A DNA stretch of 64,000 nucleotides from Squalus acanthias (Eukaryota), in assembly GCA_030390025.1 (NCBI GenBank), contig CM059446.1, positions 40,548,001-40,612,000 of the forward strand, given 5' to 3'. This document shows, in pieces, positions 1 through 12,159 of the stretch (position 1 is the first letter of the stretch; every line of letters begins with the position of its first letter). The notes under the pieces are model-generated. The model was not told the DNA's origin. It saw nothing but the letters and a program-made list of their open reading frames with translations, and made no database searches. A program made the position numbers and the translations under genes.

Positions 1-1629
1 CTCTTTTAATTGGAATGTACTACACCAAACACTTAGCTTTATTCAACTAAATGACAGGGAGAACACAAGAATAATAATTACTGAAGAAAAAACCTTCTAT
101 GCGTCATTTCCAATAATTTGAGAGGATGCTTACTACTGGACTGGCGTGTCCAGTGTGTTTGTTTTCCATGTATTTTTAGAAACCAGTGTAGTTGATAGTA
201 CTGACGCAAGCAAATAGGATTCATTGGCCTGATTTTAAAGCAGTAGCTATGCCACTGTAAAGTTGTTATGCAGCCCTCTGAAGCTCTGTTTCTAAACAGA
301 TAACTCAATGACATGCCTCATGTGAAAGCATCACGTTGTTCTTTGCATGTGACACATGATGGATGAGAATGTCATACATTGCTTCCAGAATTCCCCGAAA
401 CAGCAACATTCCTCCTTTATAAGTCCCGTTAGTCAAGGTCAGGCTTACAAAAGAATCGTAATATTAGTTAATTCCTTCAAATTATATCGACGCAATAATG
501 TCGATTTGGTGCTGGGGTTATTCTCGTGCAGATGTATCTTGATTGCAATCAAAGGTTGGAAAGAATGCCAATTTGTGGTGTTCCCTATGGAGTTGCTTAC
601 TGATACTCCAGAAACAGGCCTCCTCAGAGGGGGCTCCCACAGAGAGCAGCGAGCCAGACACAAAGATAACCCCTCCTACAAGGGAAATCATTTATTTTCT
701 ATTTTTAGGTTATCTAGATGAGGGGAAAGAACAAAGCTCCTCTCTACATTTCACTTTTTAACTACACAACGTATAACAATATTACTTAAGAGTAGGACCA
801 CCCTTCCCATTATACTCACATTCCCAAGCAAGAACATCTAGTCATTATGGTCAAGTTCCCAATCCATGAGTGCACATTTAATCTGGAATCCTTCCTTTCT
901 GTTGTCTATCTCCTCTCTTTAATGCTGTTTGTCAACCGCAGATATCCAGAGATTTGTAATATATCTGATATCCATCAACCTATCCTAATGCACATCTTCC
1001 ACATCTGTAGAAGGCATGTCCTCATCACATGCTGCATTTATATTAATTCAAGAAGAGATTCTGTAACATTGCCCGAGGGCTCCAGCGCTCTGGAATTCAA
1101 ACATATTTGTAGTTCAAATATCACAGCGCTGGAAGATTTTAAAAACAAATTGCATGTATACAGACTTGCACATGCAGTTATTGTGAAGTCGCGGTTCATG
1201 ATTTTATTTACTGGTTGCCATAACTTCCCTCATGTTTGGGGAAGGTACATATAGGCCAGTGAGTGCAGAACTGCACTGCTAGCCTGCATGGACAGATTGA
1301 AGCACTCAGGTTACTGTAACCAGAATAAAATGCCCTCAACCCCCAGCAGCAATATTTATATTGGCTCCGGGGACAACTGTGCCATCTTGTTCACCTTACA
1401 GTGCTGCTGCTGACGTCAGGGCTGCTGTCGGCAGTAGCACTATAGAGTAAAAGAGCTTAAAAGACCTAAAAACAAACCTCAGCTCTCATTCTAGAATGCT
1501 TACCAAGACGGAATGCTTTATTGGTCATTTTAATCACTTGGTAGCCAATAAACCCAATTCAGTAAGTAAAATTTAAACATTTTTACAAAAGAATTATCGG
1601 GACCTCACAACGTAAATTGAATTAAATTA

Positions 1630-1962
<333 letters not shown>

Positions 1963-2539
1963 TTAAAATTGTATTCCCCAGTCTGTTTTTGCTAAAATCA
2001 TTGGAAAAAAAATTAACCAAATCAAACACATAAATGTTCCAAAATCCAAAACAAAAACACAAGAAATGTATTCGCAAATGATCATTCATCCAACAAGCTC
2101 TCTCCTCATTGATGGATCTCAACTTCCCTTTCTTACCATATCCACTTATTGTCTCTTTCTCCAAAAATACAACTGGTTGTCATTTAAACCCATCTATAAT
2201 ATTTGAATGTATGGCCTTATCTATAGTATTTAATATGTCCATTAAGTTTTGTGTGAACTTTTCTATTTGAATTAACCTATTTATCTCTAATTTTCCAAAA
2301 TCCAAGTTAAGCTCTTAGCTTCTTTTGAAACAATTTCTCTAGATCAAATTCGTAAATTTCCATAATTTTGAAAAAACCCCCATTAGGTCACATTGAAGTT
2401 TCCTCTTTTGAAATGAGAACATGCCCCATTTACTTATGCTGCAACAAGAAAAGTGCTTTTAAAAGAAATAAAGAAGTAAAAACATTACTCATGTTATTTG
2501 TCTCATCCCATTCATATAGATCAAAAACAGAAATTTAGT

Positions 2540-2880
2540 GGCACTGCTCTGTGACACTCAACCCATTGATGTGGTGAGTAGCAGAGTCCAAAAGGGAGGT
2601 CCAAGGCCTGACTCCTGGTGTGTACCACGTTTCAGCCAAGGGTAAGGAGAAGAAAAATTAGCCAAATTTCTACTTCTGATTGCTACCCAGTGACTGGTGC
2701 TGGAAATGTCTACCTGTGAACATCAGCTGAGGACAGCGTCGGCTTCACGTGTGATGACCTCTGAGGTCAAGTTGCTTGACAACATTCACTGTGAAGGGGT
2801 CACACAGGATGAATTGGCAAGGTAGCAAAAAGTGACCCCAGCAATTACTCAATGACTTCAGGAGACAAGAAAGGGGAGAA
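2540..2880 (+). mobile_element. Old, degenerate tRNA-derived SINE remnant
   Basis: Decayed tRNA-like head and a body resembling, from memory, an elasmobranch SINE (…ctgattgctacccagtgac…gctggaaatg…gaggacag…). Boundaries approximate. Confidence 0.35.
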
Positions 2881-3054
2881 AATTAACATAAATAAAAGGA
2901 AGGAACAAAAACAGCAATTGACTTTGCTCCCAACCTCCAATACAATCACATCACAACAAGGCTGCTGGACTGTGACCAATTTAAAAAAACTTTAATTTCT
3001 CCATTTTTATATTTCAGGAGCAAAGTCAGATTTAAATTGGGATTTCTGCATGAG

Positions 3055-3061
<7 letters not shown>

Positions 3062-3100
<39 letters not shown>
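3062..3100. repeat. (CA)n microsatellite
   Basis: Uninterrupted run of about 19 CA units. Confidence 0.95.
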
Positions 3101-3101
<1 letters not shown>

Positions 3102-3104
3102 CTA

Positions 3105-3516
3105 TTCTCATCCTTGTTTTCAAATCCTTCCACGGCCTCATCCCTCCCTATCTCTGTCACCTCCTCCAGCCGCACCGCTTCCCCCCCCCCCACCAACCCC
3201 CCGAGATATCTGCGCTCCTCTAATTCTGCCCTCTTGAGCATCCCTGATTATAATTGCTCAACCATTGGTGGCTGTGCCTTCTGTTGCCTAGGCCTAAAGT
3301 TTTGGAATTCCCTGCCTAAACCGGTCCGCCTCGCTACCTCTCTTTCCTCCTTTAAGACGCTCCTTAAAACCTACCTCTTTGACCAAGCTTTTGTTCACCT
3401 GCCCCAATTTCTCCTTATGTGGCTCGGTGTCAAATTTTGTGTCTTATAATACTCCTGTGAAGCACCTTGGGATGTTTTACTACATTAAAGGCGCTATATA
3501 AATACTTGTTGTTGTT
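3105..3516 (+). mobile_element. L2-clade LINE 3' end
   Basis: ORF2 C-terminus (GGCAF..LG.KFWNSLP…SSFKTLLKTYLFDQAF), followed by the aaggcgctatataaat 3' motif and a (TGT)n tail. Confidence 0.8.
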
Positions 3517-5905
3517 ATTCCACTGAATTTTGGGAAGCACATTAGAAGGGGAATTATAATGGACCTCAGAAAATGATTATAATTATATAATGTATCATCT
3601 AAAAGTGACCCTTCATATCCAGAAAAGTTAGACCACACAAGACTCCTGCTAGCCTGCCATTACAATCACCTCATGTGAAACAGAATTAACATTTTGCTTC
3701 CACACACAAAACATTGAAAAGAATGCATAAGGTAGCCAAATGGGGGGGAAAAAAATTGTTATGGTGGAAGGCATGGTATTAAGCAGCCTTATACTTCCAT
3801 TATACAATCAGAGGTCAAACTAGAGATGAAATGGTGCAAACTGCAACCTTTGACTGGCAGTATAATTTTAGGAATTTCTGACAATCAGCACAAAGTCCAC
3901 AAGGGCAGTGCCTTCAAGCCTGTTTGGCCAGAAATTAGCGACAGGAAAAATGCAAGCCTGGCTCCCTTCTGAATTAACCCAATTAGTCCAGTCAAACACA
4001 TAACACTTCAAAATATTCCAATGGTTTCCAAGGATAACAAAACATAATGGATAAAATTATATTATTGCACAGACATCACATGGCCTATCCAGACTAATAG
4101 GCGAATGAACCCAAAACTCATGGAGTTTGCATGTGTGTGCATGAAGAGTTTAAGTATACGGCTGTGGGAGGACACAATAAACTGCTGCAAATCTGATGTA
4201 TTAATCTATAAATTTGAATTCAAGATCTATACTCAGCCCAGATTACGCAGTTACGGGCTCAATATAAATCAAGCCCTGGTTTCATCCAGTAACAGTACTT
4301 CAAAAATAACTGGGCACAGTCATTATGCTACCCAAGATTTTTTAAAAGAATATTTATTTAGTCCTTTAAGCAGTTTTTTTTAAATTTAGTATTTAATTTA
4401 TTATTATTTGCAATTTTTAAAAAATAAATTAATAAGCCTCTCGGAGTAGCAATATTCACAAAACAAACACACCAGAACAAAAGGCTCCCCTTGGTTTTGT
4501 TCAATTACCACTTAATAATCCATTTTTCAGAAAACAAATTGCTTAACCACATTGTTCTGCAAACCAGATAATTTCCCAAAAGGAGAGAGGAAGTATAATT
4601 TGAGGTCATTCTACTCCATATATTGCTGATTTTACACATTAGCCAGATTTCAGCTCATTAAGCACCCCATCCAATTCTGAACCCATTTCCTCCAGTTTTG
4701 TTTTCCTTTCCGATTTGTGCCAAGTGTTTAGACACTTGGATTTGTTTTGGAATGTCTATAATACTCGGTCAATGGATTTCCCAATTGGAATTCCCCTTTA
4801 CTTGCGTGTTTGAAGGAAGAGGAGAAATAATGGCGGTGTGCCGGGCAGGTCAGAGGCAGACTGGCAGTCCCTTCCCACCCCCACAATAATTACAAGCAGA
4901 GGCTCACCTGGCGAGCAGGCAACACGTGGAACTAACGACATGGGCTCTGGGTCTGCAGATACCCAGAATGCTGAGCTGCATCATCTGCTGCATGCACCTT
5001 AGGGATAGCACGGCCAGAGAACACAAAAAGTCAGCTGCACCCCTCGAGTCCTCTTCCCCATTCCAGGCATTCTGTCCTGTCTGGATTGTACCCTGCAGTG
5101 AAAAGCTACCCTCCTCGCGACTGTTTCGTTCTGTGCCACTGCCAATTTGGAGTTGGACTGTTGTGTCACTGCATCACTTGGGCACAGACTCAGTTTACTG
5201 CCTCCACATTTACCGTGCCAGCCATCAGGCTCTGCCACACAATTTTTGTTGTTGTTGTTACCCAAACAACGTTTGAAAAGGCTGAAATATTCATTAAAAA
5301 CCATCAACAGCCTTTGCAGTTGCCGTCAGCATTTTTATCCCCGTACATGACCACTTGTCTTTTAAGTAGCTGCATGCCGTTAAATTTATCCATCAGCCCT
5401 TTAAAGCTGCTTGCACACAATGTTCTGCCCCTTTCTGTTGAGCTCTCCGCATTGGGGCCAATATAGACTCTTGAGCTTGCCCATGTTATGTAAAGGGAAG
5501 CGAACGTCATAGTTATCAGCAGGGTCAGCACACTAATGGCTGGGCAGCAGAAAATCAGAATATCTACCCTTATGTAGCTTGTCTGTTTAAAGCAAACAAG
5601 AGTTGGGGGGGCACTTGCTTTACTTACAACTGGTAACCAGGCCAAAACACAGTTAAATCTCAACAGAAGAAGTTTCTCCGCAGCTCCCACTAGCCAGTTG
5701 TACAGTGACATCTAGGAGTGGACAGAAACATGCCTGCCCTTTCAAAACATGAATAGCATGTGACGTATAATGAAGCCCAACAGTGATAAAACATTTACTT
5801 TTTTGGGGGGCATTGCATGTGTGGGCACCAAATTAGATTATTGAAGATCACCGTTGTGTAAAATCAAACCAAAAATGAAGGCTTAAAAATGATCTTCAAT
5901 GATTA

Positions 5906-6104
5906 CAGAAAATGCTGGAAACACTCAGCAGGGTCAGGCAGCATCGAGGAGAGAGAAACAGAGTCAACATTTCAGGTCGAGGGTCCTCGACCCGAAACGT
6001 TGACTCTGTTTCTCTCTCCTCGATGCTGCCTGACCTGCTGAGTTTTTCCAGCATTTTCTGTTGGTTGTTTCAGATTTCCGGCATCCGCAGTATTTTGCTG
6101 TTGT
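5906..6104. mobile_element. Penelope-like element terminal fragment in inverted (hairpin) arrangement, with 14-bp TSD
   Basis: Near-perfect palindrome at 5906-6060 plus a tail. Flanked by the direct repeat atcttcaatgatta at 5892-5905 and 6105-6118. Confidence 0.7.
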
Positions 6105-6904
6105 ATCTTCAATGATTAGTTGGTGGAATGAGTCGATATACTGACTTTTTACGGATGGGACAAGAGTTGGGATCCAGCCACAAGGATGAATTGCCCCTAG
6201 CTGTAAGGGAGTCTCAATCAAAATCGTGGTAGCATGGACTGCATACATTTACAGACCAGGAGGCTGCCATTTGGCTTATCTTATTTGTACTGGCTCTTTG
6301 CAAAAACAACCCAAAACTAACCGCACTGACCTGCTTTCCCCCCCCCCCAATAGAATCATTACAGGTTTACCACCTATCAAAACTACCCATAATTTTGCAC
6401 AAAACTGCTAACCTCAGGGAGGTTTTAAGAATGGTTGCTCCAAGAGAAAACGCAGGAAGAGATGCTGTTTAAAAGTCTGTGCTGTACGACCAGTACAGAA
6501 AACACACTGGTTGCTCAAAATGGATTTTTTTTTTTAATAGTTTTCCAAATATCACAGAAGGCTCAGCTATTAAACGCTGATCACGTTACAATTAAATCTC
6601 TAATTGAGTCAGTAGTTGGTACTCATTCTTTGATTAACGTTACAACACGAGACCCTATTGAACACCATGAAGTTTGTGACCATTATCCGGATTGATTCCA
6701 TTCTTTGAACTGTAAATAGAAAACTGTATGTAACTCAGTATATCTTTATCAATGGTCTCAGAGGTCGTGTAGCATCAGAATCCAGAACTCCTAAATGGAA
6801 TCCCAGAGACAAGAATTCAAATTTAATTCCACATAGTAGACAAGTTTCTCTAAAGTGCACGTGTGATGCCAATTTAGCACCTCTGTGAAGCAGTTTTCAC
6901 TTGG

Positions 6905-8472
6905 AACATAGAACAAGAGTAGGCCATTCAGCCCCTCGAGCCTCTTCCGCCATTCAATGAGAATGGCTGACCTTCAACCTAACTCCATATACCCACTTTT
7001 GGCTCACAGAGTCACAGAGTCATAACGGCACAGAAGGAGGCCATTCAGCCCATCAAGTCCGTGCCGGATCTCTGGAGAGCAATCCAGTCAGTCCCATTCA
7101 CCCGCTCTATCCCCGTAGCCCTGCAAGTTTATTTCCCTCAAGTGCCTATCCAGTCTCCCCTTGTAAACATTGAGTGTCTCTGCCTCCACCACTTCCGTCG
7201 GCAGCAAGTTCCAGGTCCTCACCACTCGCTGCGTAAAAAAGTTTGTCCTTACATCCCCCCTGTATCTCTTGCCCAAAACCTTAAAGCTGTGTCCCCTAGT
7301 CCTTGTACCATCAACTAGTGGGAACAGCCTTTCCCCGTCTAGCCTATCCAAACCCGTCATAATCTTGTACACCCCTATCAAATCACCCCTCAACCTCCTT
7401 TGCTCTAATGAAAACAAATCCAGCTTCTCCAACCTGTCCTTGTAGCTAAGATTCCCCCATCCCCGGAACCATTCTGGTAAATCTCCTCTGCACCCTCTCA
7501 AGGGCCTTCACATCCTTCCTAAAGTGTGGCGACCAGAACTGGACACAATACTCCAGTTGTGGCCTAACCAGTGCTTTATAAAGGTTCAGCATAACTTCTC
7601 TACTTTTGTACTCAATACCTCTATTTATGAAGCTCAAGATCCCATATGCTTTGCTAACCACTCTCTCACTATGTCCTGCCACCTTCAGGGACTTATGCAC
7701 ATTAACTCCCAGGTTCCTCTGTCCCTGCACACTCTTTAAAGCTGTGCCATTAAGTGTATATTGCCTCTCCCTGTTCCTTCTGCCAAAATACATCACCTCA
7801 CACTTCTCTGTATTAAATTCCATCTGCCACTTGTCTGCCCATTCTGCTAGCCTTTCTATGTCCTGTTGCAGTCGATTGGTATCATCCTCACTGTTTGCCA
7901 CACCTCCGAGTTTGGGGTCATCGGCAAATTTAGAAATTCTACTCTGTATTCCACTATCCAGGTCATTTATATATAAATATATATCAAAAAAAGCAGTGGC
8001 CCCAGCACTGACCCTTGGAGAACACCACTGTCTACCATCCTCCAGTCTGAAAAACCGCCATTTACCACAACGCGCTGTTTTCTGTCCTTAAGCCAATTTC
8101 TTATCCAAGCTGCCACCGACCCACCTATTCCATGAGCCTCAGTTTTGTTAACCAGCCTTCTACGTGGTACTTTGTCAAACACCTTCCTAAAATCCATGTA
8201 GACAACATCCATTGCATTCCCTTCATCAATCCTCCCTGTTACTTCATCAAAAAATTCCCTTAATACCATTGGTTAACAAAAATCTATCAATCTCAGGTTT
8301 AAAATTAACAATTGATCTAGCATCAATTGCCATTTGCGGAATATAGTTCCAAACTTCTACCATTCTTTGTGTAGAAGTTTTTCCTAATTTCACTCCTGAA
8401 AGGTCTGGCTCTAAATTTTAAACTATGCCCCCCTAGTCCTGGACCTCCCAACTAGCGGAAATAGTTTCTCTA
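6905..8472 (-). mobile_element. Older CR1 LINE 3' end (6905-7003 and 8258-8472), split by a younger CR1
   Basis: CR1 3'-UTR at 6905-7003 continues seamlessly at 8258 (taataccattggttaacaaaaatctatc…). Confidence 0.65.
7004..8257 (-). mobile_element. CR1 LINE, 5'-truncated, frameshifted RT/ORF2 C-terminus
   Basis: ORFs encode DVVYMDFRKVFDKV, GVLQGSVLGPLLFLIYI, WQMEFNTEKC, LYKALVRPQLEYCVQFWSP and RRLRGDLI. Ends in an octamer tail (actctgtg)n. Confidence 0.92.
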
Positions 8473-8547
8473 TTGGGTTTGATACCACATGGAGTAGAAC
8501 TCCGGCCCACAGTCAAACTGTTATAAAGGGTGCTTCATCTAAATGTT

Positions 8548-8668
8548 GGCACCTCAGGCAATGCAGTACACCCTCAGTACTGCACCAAAGTGTCAGCCTG
8601 CAAATGGAGTTTGAACCCGTGACCTTCGTATTCAGAGGATATAGAGAGCTACCACTGAGCCCAGGCTA
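8548..8668 (-). mobile_element. Deu-SINE 5' fragment
   Basis: Resembles the head and body of the 34876 copy (ccctcagtactgcac…gtgtcagcct…tttgaacccgtgaccttc). Confidence 0.55.
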
Positions 8669-8741
8669 ATGCTGCTTTCCCAGCTGAAGGAGTGTGATTA
8701 CACCAGAAGCAGCAGAGATCTAATAAGAAAAAGAAATAAAC

Positions 8742-8930
8742 GGCATAATTTGAACCTAACCCGCTGGGCGAGAAACGGGAGCGTTCGAGTAGGGCGCCTG
8801 TTTTACACGTCACCCGATTATACTATCTATTAATTTCAACGAAGGGTAAAATCAAGCAGGGTGTGTAAAGCAGGCGGCTGACCCAAACCTGCCCATTTTC
8901 CGCCAGTCAGATTAGGTTAAAATTATGCCC
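8742..8930. mobile_element. Short palindromic MITE
   Basis: TIRs ggcataatttgaacctaa / ttaggttaaaattatgcc. The interior is also imperfectly palindromic. Confidence 0.7.
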
Positions 8931-9000
8931 AAAATGTCTCAGACACTTCTTTGTTTCAACAAAAAAATAAATCTGCCTAGACAAGTATATGCTTGGATAT

Positions 9001-9408
9001 GCACCTTAAACATTCACTCCCTCCACCATCGGCGCACCGTGTCTGCAGCGTGTATGACCTACAAGATGCACTGCAGCAACTCGTCAAGGCTTCTTCAGCA
9101 GCACCTCCCAAACCCGCAACTTTTACGACCTAGAAGGACATGGGCAGCAGGCACATGGGAACACCACCACCTCCAAGTTTCCCTCCAAGTGACACAGCAT
9201 CCTGACTTGGAAATATATCACCATTCCTTCATTGTCGCTGGGTCAAAATCCTGGAACTCCCTCCCTAACAGCACTGCGGGAGCACCTTCACCACACGGAC
9301 TGCAGCGGTTCAAGGCGGCGGCTCAACACCACCTTCTCAAGGGCAACTAGAGATGGGCAGTAAATGCTGCCTTGCCAGCGACGCCCACATCCCGTGAATG
9401 AATAAAAA
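9001..9408 (+). mobile_element. LINE 3' end, second family (CR1-group-like)
   Basis: SLHHRRTV…YKMHC…SWNSLP…LQRFKAAAQHHLLKGN* followed by a 3'-UTR. Further copies at 14286, 20985 and 48982. Confidence 0.75.
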
Positions 9409-10389
9409 TTGTATTAGATTTACATTTCTGAATTTTAAAAGATCTAGCACATAGGCACTTTGTAATAGAATGCAGTCGCATGAAAGAAAAATGTGGTAAA
9501 ATAATTCTAATTTATTCCTACTCTTGTTGCAGAAGAGGAATAAAAAAATAACGACATACTGTTTTACACCATATTTATGCTGTGTTCCATGCCTTAGTAT
9601 GCAAATCTATGTTGGCACACTGAGTGGAGTTAGCTTCTTTGTACTGCAGGCTCTTGGTGTACAGCTCCCACGGGCAGCTTTCTGTTACAACACACACAGC
9701 TTTGCACACATGTGTATCAGTTGCAAACAATATTTTTTTTAAATTTCTTATATACATAATATATGGATGGCAGAAGGAACTGGCTGTATGCAGAGGCAGA
9801 TTTGGAGTGAATGTGGCTACAAATCAAATGAATACTTGAATAGTTGATTTGAAATTGGGGCCAATTCAGAAACCAGAATTAAACACATCTACTCGGATAA
9901 TTAGATGGCAGAATTCAGCAATCCTGATCTTAACGCCAAGTGCTAATATTAATGGGGATGACCACAATTTCACCCAGTCGCACAATAATCGTACAGATCA
10001 CATCTAATTTCAAGTATTAAAAGATCAGTCGGAAAGATTTCCTCTGGTTGCTATGTGTGGTATCAGAAACATGAACCCGATAATGATTTAAAAGCCAGAT
10101 ATAACTGCACACGGTGATGAATGCCCATTTACAAATTTTCTTTTCCATTATTAAAAAAATGCGGCTGTGAAGACGATGTAATATGATGTTCTGAAGCACT
10201 CTGGATCGAACTCTGGATCGAAATCTCAATGGTTATTATAGACTGAAAAATGGGCAACCTATATAGATAACAAAGTAGAGCAAGCAATGTACTAAAATGG
10301 TGGTTGAGTCAAAGTCAGTCCCAGAAGTTACGCAGGTCTGAAAACATACTGAAACCCATTCCTAGCATTTCCACACCTCATTTTCTTAC

Positions 10390-10443
10390 CTGCCTGTTAC
10401 GCTCATCCATAATCCTTGTAATCTGAATCTTTTTCCGCCCCAT
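10390..10443 (-). CDS. MEF2A: MEF2A coding exon 1, coding part (MGRKKIQITRIMDERNRQ); too short for the ORF track
   Basis: Minus strand reads gaagATGGGGCGGAAAAAGATTCAGATTACAAGGATTATGGATGAGCGTAACAGGCAG|gtaag (54 bp). It splices in frame to 1851 across an 8,538-bp intron. ITRIM excludes MEF2B and MEF2D. Confidence 0.95.
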
Positions 10444-10578
10444 CTTCAACTTCCTCTCTCCAATATATCAGCGTGCAATCCTAGCTTTGTCAGTATTTAA
10501 TGTTCTAGTGCATGGTACAGACTTCTCTTCTTGGCTTTCTTCTTGTAGACCTGGTCAGCTTATCTCCTCTTTCAAAGC
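10444..10578 (-). other. MEF2A: 5'-UTR portion of the MEF2A ATG exon
   Basis: Strong polypyrimidine acceptor (ttttttttactctctctag|G) at 10579-10600. It implies further non-coding exon(s) upstream, as in other vertebrate MEF2 genes. Confidence 0.75.
10505..10513 (-). promoter_or_regulatory. Minimal upstream ORF (ATG CAC TAG) in the MEF2A leader
   Basis: accATGCACTAG with A at -3. It is the only ATG in this UTR segment and lies 70 nt before the main start. Confidence 0.5.
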
Positions 10579-10754
10579 CTAGAGAGAGTAAAAAAAAAGT
10601 CAATTATGATGCATAAATTTAAAAAAAAATACAATCCAGTTTTATTAAGAAAACTTTTTGTTGCAGGTTTACAGCTTTTTTGTTAACTTTAGAAACAACA
10701 GATCAAACCAAATCTAAAATGAAGAACCCCAAAGGCAGAGCAACCACGTGTACT

Positions 10755-11310
10755 ATAATAAGGATGTGGAGGCAATAGAGATGGTACAGCACAGATTCAC
10801 TTGGAGGCTGCCTAGTATGAAGAAATACAAATATGGAGCAAGACTTATAAAATAATTGGGGCTGCTTTCATTAGAACAGAGAAGATTAAGGGGTGATTTG
10901 ATCGAGGTATTTAAAATGATGACGGGATGGGATAGAGTAGATGGAAAAAGACCCTTTCCAGCAATTGAGGGGTCTGGAACAAGGGGACATAGAAATATGA
11001 TTTAGGACAGAGAGGAGAAACTTTTTTCTTTATACTGTACACAGAGGGGTGTGAGGCTGTGAAACACAAAGTGAGTTAATAACTGAAGCAGAGACCATGT
11101 CAACATTTAAGAATAGTAATGTTAGATAGTTAATATCAGAACAGAAAACGCTGGAAAAACTCAGCAGGCCAGGCAGCATCCGTGGAGAGAGAAAGAGAGT
11201 TAACGTTTCAGGTCGATAACCTTTCATCAGATTTCCATTTTGCTATCGTATTAATGTTAGATAGTTGGTTGAAGGGAAGGGAATAAACGGATATGGGAAC
11301 AGGCTGCTTG
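10755..11310 (+). mobile_element. Degenerate CR1 3' fragment interrupted by a Penelope fragment
   Basis: Contains the EQRRLRGDLIEVFKM-coding stretch near 10873-10920. Confidence 0.65.
11132..11251. mobile_element. Penelope-like terminal fragment with hammerhead-type core, 15-bp TSD
   Basis: Homologous to the 5906 element. TSD taatgttagatagtt at 11117-11131 and 11252-11266. Confidence 0.7.
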
Positions 11311-12159
11311 TTGCTTTTTGTAAAGAGTACTATTTATTCTGTTGGAATATAGGAAGATATTTTTCCATGCAAGAATTTTCTGCGAATGTTAACAACATTC
11401 CATCAGCGAGCAGATAAAGACTGTGTGGAACATTGGAATTGCTGATGGTGACAGGTAGAAACAAGCTTTCTTCAAGAGTCCCAACTATTTTACCAGTATT
11501 CCAATCATCTGTTTTCCTTAGTACATAAGACATGTGATTATCAAGCCAAACAGTTGAATGTTCGTGATTGAACAAAGTTTGTCATTCTTATCAACTAGAG
11601 GTGAGTGAGCTATAGTGAAATTAATCTTTCTCGTCAAGAAGTTATTGATTTAATCTTCACAGCACTGAAGTCATTTTCCTATCCATGATTCCGTTCCTAA
11701 TCTATTAATGCTTGCATCAGCTTGGTTGCCACTGATCTTTCAAATGAGGAAGTTACACACTCTAAAGATTAGCATCCACAGCACAGAAAACACAACTTTC
11801 CATGACATCCACCAAGGCCCTAATGAAAATGACATGGATGAGCGGAGCCAAGCATGCAGGGTTATAGAGGTAAGGAGACAAAAATCCCTTTGTTGTGATC
11901 TAAAGCTTGCGCCCTCTGATAAAAAGGTGCATATCCATTTCGACAGTTACAAAAGCCTACTTTTGAACTTCAGAATGCTATATCTCAAAGGTTTCTGAAG
12001 GTCAGAGATCTACTTGCCCTAACTGTTTTGCAAGCACTGTGTGAATTGCAAATCAAATAATTTCCTCTGAAATGTAAGTTAGTGACCGACAGGTTCCAAG
12101 TTTCATATTTCTGTGATTGTTAATACAGTTAGTACAAGGAATATGCCTTCAATCCTACA

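Noticed and set aside
3032-3241. ORFs with HTHT/CVCV repeats (also 33865-34090)
   Set aside because: Translations of (CA)n microsatellites.
7088-8269. Functional reverse transcriptase gene (also 12242-12614 and 31291-32592)
   Set aside because: 5'-truncated, frameshifted CR1 copies with a damaged catalytic region or internal stops.
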